A stretch of DNA of 63,264 nucleotides, the filler included, from Licmophora abbreviata (taxonomy: Eukaryota): assembly GCA_900291995.1 (NCBI GenBank). It is 11 parts of 11 records of this genome, joined end to end, with 100 filler letters (N's around TTAATTAATTAA, not from the genome) between each part and the next. Parts side by side here need not be neighbours in the genome. Positions count along the whole stretch, not along the records: positions 1 to 13,067 come from OLMU01004415.1; 10 more parts are not named here. One strand, written 5' to 3'. This document shows, one piece after another, positions 1 through 10,900 of the stretch. The translations under genes were made by a program, and so were the position numbers. The notes under the pieces are model-generated. The model saw only the letters and a list, made by a program, of their open reading frames with translations, was not told where the DNA came from and searched no databases. How positions within the stretch are numbered: the first letter of the stretch is position 1; each line of letters opens with the position of its first letter.

Positions 1-1
1 C

Positions 2-673
2 AAAGAAGACGGTGCCGTCGCCGGCGCCCCATTTGGATCGGCCGCCATTCTACCAATCTCTTGGATGTACATCAAGATGCTAGGCCCGGACGGCCTCAAG
101 GCTGCAACTGGCAATGCCATTCTGAATGCCAACTACATGGCTGCCCGACTGAACGGAGCCTTCGATGTTTTGTTTGTTGGAAAGAACGGCCAGTGCGCAC
201 ACGAGTTCATCCTGGACCTCCGTCCGATCAAGGCGGCGACTGGTATCACGGAAGAGGATGTTGCAAAGCGTCTTCAAGACTATGGCTTCCACTCGCCCAC
301 CATGTCCTGGCCTGTTGCAGGAACACTGATGATTGAACCAACAGAGAGCGAAGATTTGGCGGAACTTGATCGTTTCTGCGACGCCATGCTGGCAATTCGA
401 TCTGAGATGGATGATGTAGGAAGCGGACGGATTCCCCTGGACGATTCTCCTTTGCGAAATGCCCCACACACCATGGATGACATTTTGAGCAAGAAATGGG
501 ATCGCCCCTACTCTCGAGAGGTGGGGGCTTACCCAGCTCCTTGGGTTCGTGCGAACAAGTTCTGGCCAACTTGCGGGCGTGTGGACAATGTGCATGGGGA
601 CCGAAATTTGGTGTGCACATGCCCGCCTTTGGACGTTTACATGGAGGACGAAGACATCAAGAAGGTTGCGTGA
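2..673 (+). CDS. gcvP: Glycine decarboxylase P-protein, C-terminal part (5' truncated by window edge)
   Basis: Frame open from nt 2 ([23 protein letters not shown]). Motifs [57 protein letters not shown]. Confidence 0.96.
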   Translation, partial: KEDGAVAGAPFGSAAILPISWMYIKMLGPDGLKAATGNAILNANYMAARLNGAFDVLFVGKNGQCAHEFILDLRPIKAATGITEEDVAKRLQDYGFHSPTMSWPVAGTLMIEPTESEDLAELDRFCDAMLAIRSEMDDVGSGRIPLDDSPLRNAPHTMDDILSKKWDRPYSREVGAYPAPWVRANKFWPTCGRVDNVHGDRNLVCTCPPLDVYMEDEDIKKVA

Positions 674-911
674 GTCAGTCTTACACTAGTATGAACTATA
701 CAATAGAGAAAGCGCGAAAGCGTGCTCTATCGAAGCTAGGCACAGTTTTCAATGCTTAGGTGTAGTAGGTACGGGATCTAGTACAAACTGCACAAGCTAA
801 TAGACGCGCCTAGACCGCCAATCATTTACTTTTGTTCTGCGGATAAGTCCCTCTCTTGTTTCACGCGCTCCCCTGAATGATTTGTCGTTTTTTTCTGCTG
901 AATCAAGGCGT

Positions 912-2123
912 TCAAGAGGAGGGAGATTCAACCTCAGAGATCTTTTTCTGCAAGATATCTTGCAGCTGCTGTGCATCCTGTACCGCGCCCACCTTGATCA
1001 AATACGAGAGAACCTCTCCCGTGGGCGAGTTAGCATTGAGCTGCACGTGCTTCTCGCCTTTTCTCAAGAGTCTACAGTCGTTTCGAAGAGACAGATTAAA
1101 TAGGAGCTTGTGACTTGCTTCCTGTCGCTGAACAATGCGAGCGTGGCCCATTGACCGCTCAAGCACCCGAAGAGGTCCAATACCCACTTCGTGCCATTGC
1201 TTCTTTTGTGAAGTTATGTTGCTGCTGGTCTGATCCGCCTTGTTCGTGCCTTTATCGGCGTTCGTTTCTTCTGGACTTTCATTCTTTGACGCATCCGCTG
1301 GCTCGGTTACTTTGGAATTGGCGTCAGCTTTGACATCCTCTTGAGGCGTTTCAGCATCCTTCTTCTCACTTTTCTCTGTTGCAGCTGCATCGTCCGATGT
1401 CGACAAACTCAATGCCGGTGCAGTTGACGATGACGGCGGCACCGACGGCGCAGCAGGTTGCTGTGTCTCACCCGGCTCCTCGTCGCTGCTGGCACGCAGC
1501 TCGAAGAGCTTGGCACGAATCGTGAAAAGACACTCCTCTTCTTCTTCTCCATTGGCCACTTCAACCTTGTCGGGGAATTCTACCGCTGAGTCAGTCGATT
1601 TACCGTTCGATGGCGCCCCAAAGGCGCTATTTGTAGATCCAAGGGCCCCAAAGCCTGAGGGCGCTCCACTTCCAAAGACACTACTACTGGTCGTGGCGTC
1701 GCCATTGCTTGCCACACTACCAAAGCCCGAAGTCGTCGCGCTCGTTCCAAACCCAAATCCATTTGTCGTAGTGGTGGAGGAATTCGCCAATGTATTTGCA
1801 AACGCAGCACCAAAGACACCGGCTCCACTATTGGCGAGAGCAGCGGCGAATGGATTCGTGGAAGTCGCAGCCTGAGGCTCTGGGCGTTTGACCTTGACGA
1901 TCCGTCGTTGTTTCAAAGTCTCTTCATCTGCCTTTTGGAAAGTCCCGCCATTGACCGCGAGTTCACTCTCGTTTTCTTCACCGTCCTCACGATCGTCCTT
2001 GGTGATTTGTCGGTCGGCAGTGCGCTTTTTGGACGGCTCTTCAGAGGGCGGGGCTTCGGCGGAGCTTTTCTCCTCTTTTTTGGCTTCTTCCGCATTATTT
2101 TCTACGCCATTGTCATCTACCAT
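912..2123 (-). CDS. NUP50: Nup50/Nup2-like nucleoporin
   Basis: N-terminal KKRTADRQITKD and FQKADEETLKQRRIVKVKR (Nup50 importin-alpha-binding segment), central FG repeats, C-terminal RanBD-like sequence (NGEEEEECLFTIRAKLF...WHEVGIGPLRV). Confidence 0.8.
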   Translation of the reverse strand: MVDDNGVENNAEEAKKEEKSSAEAPPSEEPSKKRTADRQITKDDREDGEENESELAVNGGTFQKADEETLKQRRIVKVKRPEPQAATSTNPFAAALANSGAGVFGAAFANTLANSSTTTTNGFGFGTSATTSGFGSVASNGDATTSSSVFGSGAPSGFGALGSTNSAFGAPSNGKSTDSAVEFPDKVEVANGEEEEECLFTIRAKLFELRASSDEEPGETQQPAAPSVPPSSSTAPALSLSTSDDAAATEKSEKKDAETPQEDVKADANSKVTEPADASKNESPEETNADKGTNKADQTSSNITSQKKQWHEVGIGPLRVLERSMGHARIVQRQEASHKLLFNLSLRNDCRLLRKGEKHVQLNANSPTGEVLSYLIKVGAVQDAQQLQDILQKKISEVESPSS

Positions 2124-2573
2124 GATTGAGAAAGTGTTTCACAGAGTAAACTGGAGACGGGATGCCAGAACAGCGGACGAAAAAGGTGCTGTTAGACCGG
2201 GCCGATGGTCATTGCTGTAGTGTGATCAGAATTTCGCTGACAGCCTGGCGGCATTCACACACTCTCTCAACAGTCACACCTCCGGGTGCTAACGTTTTGA
2301 GCTTCTGTATCATTCGTACGAGGTCTTCCAGGAATTTAGTTCAACTTTTACGAGGCAACTTGAAGTCTTTCTGTGTGGCTGGCTCCCAGTAGCCACCAGT
2401 ACTTCCCCTACGGCGCGACATCGGTGACGCACTTGAGCATCTTCTGCTATTTTGGATGGATGATGTGAGAGAGCGGTTGATGGTTGCTCTGGTGCGACGC
2501 TGCACCATTGATTCATTGCGTTGGAGATTTCATCCGAGTTCATCCAGACACGATCCAAAGCAGTGTTCTTAAG

Positions 2574-3110
2574 ATGGCCCCTGTAAGTTTCTGTGGACGT
2601 TACAACATGATGAGGTGTAGAGAACGACGAGGAGCGACTGGCTGGGCTGAATGAATCAATCGCTGCGCGGCCCTTTGAGAACCGGATGATGTCTCCGCAC
2701 ATCATGCGCTCCCCACACCGATAATTTGTGGCATGATGACGACGACTGTCTCACGGTTTCCCCCCTTTCATTTGCAGTCTAAGACTATCCTCCAGGCTGC
2801 CAGCCTTGCTGTTGGAGCTGCGGCCTTTGCCCCGTCTCCTGCCTTCTCGCGCAGTTCAGCTCTGTCTGCTGGAAAATCCACCAACGATGGTCTTTCCCGT
2901 GAGTATTGAAAGGCATGCCGACCTATAATATTTTGAGGCCAGAGTGTTCTCACTGTTCTTGTTTATTTTTGAGCAGACAGCACCCATGGACCCAACTGCC
3001 CCTGTTGCTCCAAGAAATCGCATGGCGACGGCTGTCCGTGTTGTGCCGTCAAGTGCCTCTGCAGAGTTCCAGGACTCTGTAATACGGGATGTCCTTGTGT
3101 TTGCCATTGA
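2574..3110 (+). CDS. Small plastid-targeted Cys/His-rich, metallothionein-like protein (87 aa, 3 exons: 2574-2582, 2778-2898, 2977-3110)
   Basis: Manually spliced with canonical, phase-compatible introns (GTAAGT..TTTGCAG; GTGAGT..GAGCAG). Product MAPSKTILQAASLAVGAAAFAPSPAFSRSSALSAGKSTNDGLSHSTHGPNCPCCSKKSHGDGCPCCAVKCLCRVPGLCNTGCPCVCH. Confidence 0.75.
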
Positions 3111-3820
3111 TGACACAGAGTGCGAGGGAGCCATTGCATGAAGAGCAGATAGTGGAATCGTCTATGTAATTCCCTAGCAATCAAGCTAACTACTTAAAAC
3201 TACAATACGGATGGACGATGAAGCGTGATGGTGCTGTGTGCAATGTCGTATGATGTGGTACAAACCTAAAACATCGTATCCAGCCGTTACATGACTATCT
3301 CCTCTAGCTCTACATGACGCTATCTCAATGGAGCAGAGCAGCAAGGTACTACTAGTATACCCAGAGAAGTACCGGTACCTGTAATTGTAGTTGTGCAGGC
3401 TGCGAAGCACATCCGGCTTCACCCATCTCATTGGTGCGAACGTACGGAGGAAGGACTGATGAGTCAGGAGTTAAATACCATACTTATCTTCCATGATTTA
3501 TTGTAAGCCAAAAATAGCTATAAATATCGCACTTTCGGAGAGTGCGACTTCAGGTTGACTGCCATCATCCAACTTCCAACTTCTCTCGTTGTCGACATGG
3601 ACCAGAACCTCAAGACCAGTTCAATTTCTGAAGGACGACACGGAAGAAGACAAGCATCAGTGAAACGTCTCCGCTACAAGTAGCCAGTTCGTGGATAGCG
3701 GCTTACCATCCATCTGTTGAGACCCAGCACAGAACGAAAGACAACGAAGACACAGAGAAAACAGAGAGTCAAATCATTCCTGTCTATTTTGAAGCGAAGA
3801 AAAGTAGATCTCACATCATC

Positions 3821-5875
3821 ATGATGATTGAAGGTGAAAAGATTGATGAGGACACCGTGCTAACTCCTACATCCTCCATGACATCGCTCTCCCCCGAAAA
3901 TAACTTTTATCAGGCCACCTTGAATGGCTCGACGGCATCTCCGCTTCATCACAGCAAGACAGAAGATGAGCACCACCAGCAGCCACACATTCCACCACCA
4001 CTCGCCTCGCATCAGATCCCGAACATCGAGTTTCCCACCCCCTCTCTCCAGCCCAAAAAGAAGTCGTCTGGATTTACCCCGATATACGTCTCATCCAGAG
4101 TTTTGCAATATATTTCGCAGACTTGGTTATTCGGACGTTCCTCTGCACAGCAACGCGAAGACAACAGCAAACTGTACGCTTCCACTTGGATTGGTTTCTG
4201 GGCGCTCTTGCACGTGACTTGCGCGAGCTACGTCCTGACACCCATGCGAGATGCAGTCGCACTCGCCGTCGGGGTCCAACACATGCCCACTCTCACCTTG
4301 GCCAGTACAGCCTTGGCCGTCGTGAGTTCCGTTCCCATTGGGTGGCTTTTCGAAGCGCCTGATCCCGAACGGCGCAAAGTTTGGAAGCGCATGGGACTGA
4401 CGCGAGGCGAAACGCAGGGCACGTCGCTGGCCTTGTTCTATCGATGCTTTGCCTTGTCGATTTTGTCCTATGCTGTGGGTTTTAGAGGAGTGAAAATGCT
4501 GCAGAGCAGTGGAATAAGTGGGGAAGGATGGCCTATCTTGGCATCTCTGGGACAGTTTCTCTATGTGGCATTCTTTCTGGTTGTGCATCTGATGAAGCTG
4601 CACTCCTTGTCGCTAATCTGGGGTGTCACGACGGAAGCCATGGAATACGAAGAAGTGGCTAGAAAGCAGCACCGTGGATCCAAGACGCGATTGCAACGAT
4701 TGGCCTTTATTGGATTCGGTGGAACTCTTGGAGGAATCCTAGGAAGGTAAGAGTTACTGGTGATTCGGGAATGCCGACACTTACTCGATGATTGGATCTC
4801 ACTTGTCCTTCCTATTTGATTTTTTATTCTTTTCAGCGTCATTGCTTCATCCTTGGCGCGTATTCTTCACATGTCAGGTCTTCTTATCGTCGCAGCTCTG
4901 CTGCTGGAAATCTCGGCCGAGCTGTCCATCGAGTTGGGACGTATCATGCAGATGCACTGGGAAGATCAGCAGCTCTTCCGCAGCACCGACAACCTTTCGT
5001 CTCTAGACACGAGCATGGTGCGCTCCACGTCGCTTGGCAGTATGAAACGGGTGGCATCTGGAAACTCTCTCCACAGCAAGGCCAAGCACTGTATGAGCTC
5101 TGGAAACTTGTCGAAACTGGCTGAGGAGCCCCCTGTGACGGAAGTGAACGAAGACTCCTTTACGCAACGACTCAAGCGTGGAGTCACAACCATTCTCCGA
5201 TCTCGCTTGCTCATGGCAATCTTTACCTACAATGCTCTCTATGCTTCCACATCAGTCTTGCTTAGCTTCCAGCGTGCTGCTCTGGTCGTCAGTCGCAACA
5301 CGACCTCTTCCACGGAGTCGGATACTGCATTCTTGGCCAATATAAATATGACAAGCTCGATGGTAGTGTTTCTGCTGCAGTTCAGCGGCACGGGTGCGTT
5401 CATTGCCCACAAGTGCGGATCACGCTTGACTCTTGCGCTCATGCCCATCATTCGGCTACTTGGAGTGTTATGTTTGGCCTGGTGGCATGTGACTTTCCAA
5501 GGTCAACCTCCAAACCTGTTCCTATTTCTAATGCTGGACGAGTGCACTCGTGTCATGAACCTCGCAGTGGCTAAGCCGGTGCGAGAATCGCTTTGGCGTG
5601 GTCTCTCCAATGAGGCTCGATACGAAGCCAAACCGATCGTCGATACGCTGGCCAATCGATGGGGAGGTGGCTCTGCTGCATTCCTGGTAAGCCTCATGGA
5701 CAAGGCTCTTGGTTGGATTGGCACAACGCCGAATCAAGACGGCTCGAGAGACATGTTTGGATTTCCTCCCGTCTTGTTTCTCTGCATGTGTGTCGCTGCC
5801 TGGTGGGCGGTGGTCAGTGCTGATCTTGGACATATTCGGAGGCGGATCGACCTTGAACTCAAGAAGCACCAGTAG
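3821..5875 (+). CDS. MFS transporter, NTT/TLC (ATP:ADP antiporter)-like; intron 4747-4836
   Basis: Many TM segments; LTPMRDAVAL..GV near the N-terminus and KPVRESLW..LSNEARYEAKPIVDT near the C-terminus, as in TLC-like carriers. The splice joins the two ORFs in frame. Confidence 0.75.
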
Positions 5876-6208
5876 ACGAGAGACTAAAGAGAGCGTCGAA
5901 GCACCCAATAGACCATGAGAGAATGTCAAATGTCACTCAGCAAGCGCCACGCATTTCAGCCACCTAGAGAATCGAATTATTTCGGCGGACCACGAAGCCT
6001 ACAGACGTCAGTCAAAACGAATTCTGTTTCTGGATCATCCTTGGATTTGTCCTGAAATACAGATGTCACACACTACGCACCAGGTACACAATATCTATGA
6101 TACGAGTAGATGAACTCTCACCCTAGATTTATTAGAGCCCTTTCACACTCAGTTCCTTTCTATTTTTTGGTTTTGCAAACACAACTATCTTGAATTGTTG
6201 AAAGCTAG

Positions 6209-7570
6209 CTAACGACTTGATTCCTCTTGCTTTGACACCAAGAACAACAGGAACTTGTCATCACGCGGCCTCGTCTCGACAATGCCATTGTAGGCCGTTC
6301 GGGGAACTCCCGCCTTTTCGTCATCCATGAGATTGAGGCGTCGCGCGAGTTTCTGAAACTCGCGGAACGACGCGTATTCCAATCTTACATTGGTGGTTTC
6401 CACCAGCTTCAAGGCACCGTCCAAGTCTACCGCGGGAGCGGCTTCCGCCACCAGCTTCCGATACGCCACATCAAATTTGTCATAGTCCAAGTAGGACAAG
6501 TCTTCAAGAGTCCAGTCGATAGGAACAGTGTTCAAATGAACCTGAGTCAAGAGCCCACCAAATTGATTTGAGCTGGCTCCACCTTTGGTTCCGAAATGGA
6601 ATGTTCGGGATATCTCTGGTCTCAGAACGTGCCGACCCTGTCTTTGTTCTGGTTCTCTCAACCAGTCATCCCAGTATCCTTGCGGCCACTTGACCGCAAG
6701 CTCCTCATCCCACAACCAGCGCGGCATCATCCACCCTAGTCCAGGAAAGAAATCACTTCTCAAGACCCGCTTCGGATCAAGGACATGAGAGCCATTGTCA
6801 TTGAAGGCCGATATAGCAAAGAGCCCTTGCGATCGGTCGTCCAACAGAGGCGCTGTTCTCGCAAAGAAGCCAAAGAAATCGGGTGCCACGTGCAAGTCTT
6901 CCTCCAGAATGATGACTCTCTTCGGGAGTGGTGCTTCGGGAGACTGCCGCGCTTCACCCGCAAAGACTTTCTCAAGTGCCCAACCGTAATGTAGAGCAAG
7001 CGCTTCGTACGGACTCTGCTTCACTCGTCGTCGGACATGCTGTTGTTCTTGTACAACTACGTGCTGCAAGTGCACGAGAGGAAGATTGCGCTCGGCAAAC
7101 TTGTTCTTGTACACGGAGATAACATCCGATACTGCTTGATTCAGTCCATCTTGAGAAATGACAATTGGGCATCCCATGTCTGTCGAGAAAAGATGATGTA
7201 AAATGTCGTCCAGTGTCTGCTGCAAGTACTCGGCACGTTTGCATGTGAAAATCAAGAGGGGCGACTCGAATGGTAGTAGTATTCCTTGTTGTTGTCTAGT
7301 AAGAGGAGGGTTGCTGTCAACGAGTGTTCGATCCTCTGGTCTTGCGATTTCAGCTATCCGAATGCTAGAAGCAGTAGAAGATAGTGCCGTCGTCGTAGTC
7401 CTTGTATGATGGTGATAGACTAGAAGACTGGCCGCAACAATCCAAAACCATGCAAGTGCAAAGAGCGTGGCAATCACCACTCGCCCTAGCCAAGTACTAC
7501 CACTACCACTACGACGATGACGACTGCTTTTGCGATGCCTTTCCTCTTTCATCATCATCTTATCTCGCAA
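6209..7570 (-). CDS. MGAT1: N-acetylglucosaminyltransferase I (GT13)
   Basis: Type II membrane anchor; IVISQDG, IILEEDL, AISAFNDNG, RSDFFPGLGWM, WDDWLR, RPEISRT motifs. Confidence 0.93.
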   Translation of the reverse strand: MRDKMMMKEERHRKSSRHRRSGSGSTWLGRVVIATLFALAWFWIVAASLLVYHHHTRTTTTALSSTASSIRIAEIARPEDRTLVDSNPPLTRQQQGILLPFESPLLIFTCKRAEYLQQTLDDILHHLFSTDMGCPIVISQDGLNQAVSDVISVYKNKFAERNLPLVHLQHVVVQEQQHVRRRVKQSPYEALALHYGWALEKVFAGEARQSPEAPLPKRVIILEEDLHVAPDFFGFFARTAPLLDDRSQGLFAISAFNDNGSHVLDPKRVLRSDFFPGLGWMMPRWLWDEELAVKWPQGYWDDWLREPEQRQGRHVLRPEISRTFHFGTKGGASSNQFGGLLTQVHLNTVPIDWTLEDLSYLDYDKFDVAYRKLVAEAAPAVDLDGALKLVETTNVRLEYASFREFQKLARRLNLMDDEKAGVPRTAYNGIVETRPRDDKFLLFLVSKQEESSR

Positions 7571-7999
7571 TATGTTGAGGATGTTGACTGATGGCGTGCT
7601 CGACCATCGTTGTCATGACAACGAAAAGAAACCGTTGCGATTTCTTTCTTCTGTCTGTCATTGTGTCCGCACCCACGACTGTCAGTCGCCCGGTCCACAG
7701 CAACCACGAAGATCGCAGGAGCGCCGTCCATTTCTGACGTAGGACTCAGTAGAGTTTCTACGGCGTGACTCTCGTGGTATATCTCGATCGATCGATCCAT
7801 TCGTGTCGCTCGCTGTGCGATAGTTGGCGCCGTTACTTTGTTGTCCTCCTCTTCTCGCGGGAGGAGAACGAGGACGATTAGGTCAAGCAGCACTCTTTTA
7901 CTCTTTCTCTACTTCTTGATTCTTTAGAAACCCTCTCTTCCTTCCACCACCATGCCTGCTGCTCCCCCAATGAATAAAACGGGCGCGGCGTCGCTCGGT

Positions 8000-10900
8000 A
8001 TGGCGTCGGAAAACTTTGGATATTCGAGAATGCGACTTCGAAGAGTCAAGAAGCTTCAATTTGGCGTGGTCAATCCTCACGAACTGGTGAGTATTTAAAA
8101 GCACGGATGCATGGAAGATTTTAGGAGTGTTTCATAGAGGAAATTAAAGGGGACTTTTTTCCAAAATGAGAGAGAAAACTGTGACTTCACGGCAAAACAC
8201 GGGAACTCCCGGATGTTCCGCCATGCCTGGTACTCGCCGCATCCGCACGACTCCTCATCCCACCACTCTTCTCTATCTCTTTCACTCGAAACAGCGTCAA
8301 TACTCTGTCACACAGGCCATCACGGTCAATGGACGAAAGATACCAGCAGGCATTACACGCTACGAGACCCAAGTACACGGACAGCCCGTATACGGCGGTG
8401 CCAACGATCCCCGACTCGGAAGCCTGCTCGACAAGTCGGACCCAGGCTACTTTGGTCATCTCGAACTCGCCAAACCAGTCTATCATCCTGGACTGACGGA
8501 TGTCACGCTCAAGACCTTGCGCTGCATCTGCATGCACTGCAGCAAACTCAAAATGTCCGAGGACGAGTTTAAATTTCAAAAGTGCAAGCGCATACCCTCC
8601 CGCAAGAGACGCCTCGACACCTTCCACACACTGCTTCGTACCAAAAAGCAGTGCGATCATTGTCAGGGATTGCAGCCCAAATTGACCAAGGTTGGATTGC
8701 ACCTGGAAGCGGACTACCCGGATGAGGACAATGTCAATGGCGGTGATAGTAAGCAGTTTTTCAGTGGCGCCACGGCAGTGGAGGTCTTACGGAGGATGCG
8801 GGAAGAGGATATGAAAACCTTGGGATTGGATATTACACATGCTCGTCCGGAATGGTGTTTGGTCCAAGTCCTTCCCGTCCCGCCCTTGCACGTGCGGCCT
8901 TCGGTCCATGCCGGGGGTGCCACGTCGGAAGATGACTTGACGCACCAGTTGGTCAATGTCATAAAGACCAATCTTGCGTTGCAGCAAGCCATTCACAATG
9001 GCGAACCCAATATTATTGTGGAACAGTTTGAACATTCCTTGCAGCACAACGTGGCGGCATTTATGAATAACGAGCTGCGTGGGATGCCTCAAGTGACGCA
9101 GAGATCGGGACGTCCGTTGAAGACTATCTATCAACGTTTGAAGGGAAAGGAAGGGCGAATTCGTGGCAATCTCATGGGGAAGCGCGTGGACTTTTCAGGT
9201 CGGACGGTCATTACAGCGGATCCCAATTTGGGAATTCATCAGGTCGGTGTGCCTCGGTCGGTTGCGATGAATTTGACTGTTCCCGAGCGCGTGACCGCCT
9301 ACAATGTTGCAGAGCTTTCGGCGCTCGTGAGCAATGGACCAACGACTCATCCCGGCGCCAAGCACATTATTCGAAGCGACGGAACACGCGTCGACTTGCG
9401 CTTTGTCAAGAACAAGTCAGAACTGTTGTTGGCGCATGGTTGGATTGTCGAACGTCATTTGCGCGACGGCGATGTAGTCTTGTTCAATCGACAGCCATCC
9501 TTGCACAAAATGTCCATTATGGGGCATCGTGCCAAGGTTCTGGATTGGAGTACTTTTCGGTTGAATTTGTCTTGTACGTCTCCCTACAATGCAGATTTTG
9601 ATGGCGATGAAATGAATCTACACGTGCCGCAGAGCTTGCCGGCGCGAGCGGAAGCCGAACTCATGATGTTGAGTCCTCGAGTCGTCGTTTCTGGTCAGTC
9701 GAACCGTCCTGTCATGGGGATTATTCAAGACAGTCTGTTGGCGGTTCAGAAAATGACAAAGCGAGATGTGTTTATCGAGAAAGACCTCGTCTTTAACATG
9801 CTCATGTGGATTCCTCAGTGGGATGGGAATGTTCCAATCCCTGCCGTTTTGAAACCAAAGGAGTTGTGGACAGGCAAACAGCTTCTGAGTATGATTCTTC
9901 CCAAAGTTAACCTCAAGTCCAAGGCGAACAATGGTCCTGCGAAAGACTCGTCGGGCAAGACAATGTCAAATACTTTCAATGCCTACGACCATCTTGTGAC
10001 AATTCAAGAAGGAGAGCTGCTTGAAGGAACGATCGACAAGAAGACAATTGGGTCGAGCATGGGAGGTTTGATCCATACTGCGTGGCTCGACGTCGGACAT
10101 GACGATAATGCCCGCTTCATGAACCAGGTTCAGCAACTCACAAATCATTGGGTGCTGCAGTCTAGCTTCAGCATTGGGGTGACGGATGCCGTGGCAGACG
10201 TGGATACAATGCGACAGATCGAGGCAACCATCAACAAGGCGAAGCTTCAGGTGCTGGATCTTGTCCGCCAAGGACAGCGCGGCGAACTCGAAACGCAACC
10301 TGGACGAACTATGATTGAATCGTTCGAGCAGTTCGTCAACAAGGTGCTGAACACTGCTCGTGATCACGCCGGAAAGAGTGCGCAGGCGTCGTTAGACGAG
10401 ACCAATTCGGTCAAGGCTATGGTGACGGCTGGCTCCAAGGGTTCCTTTATCAACATTTCGCAGATCATCGCCTGTGTCGGGCAGCAGAACGTAGAAGGCA
10501 AGCGCATTCCTTATGGTTTCAAGCGCCGCACTCTACCACACTTTTCCAAGGACGACTTGGGCCCGGAATCTCGTGGGTTTGTCGAAAATTCGTACCTTCG
10601 AGGTCTATCTCCGCAAGAGTTCTTCTTTCACGCCATGGGTGGTCGTGAGGGTCTGATCGACACGGCCTGTAAGACGGCCGAGACGGGGTATATTCAACGC
10701 CGTCTGGTCAAGGCAATGGAGACCGTCATGGCGCGGTACGATGGTACCTTGCGTACTAGTGGGGGCCAGATTGTGCAATTTTTGTATGGCGAGGATGGAA
10801 TGGACGCCGTCTGGATCGAGAAGCAACAATTCGATTCACTCACGTTGGCAAAGGGGGAGTTCGAGAAGCGTTTCGTGATCCACGCAACAGATGCCGACTT

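Noticed and set aside
2944..3141. 65-aa ORF from the track as the real third exon
   Set aside because: It starts at a non-ATG codon inside the intron and needs a more distal AG. The proximal acceptors give the patterned Cys-rich frame. Not fully excluded without cDNA.
8166..8294. N-terminal extension of RPB1 suggested by the ORF track
   Set aside because: It lies in intron 1; the conserved N-terminus is encoded at 8000-8086.
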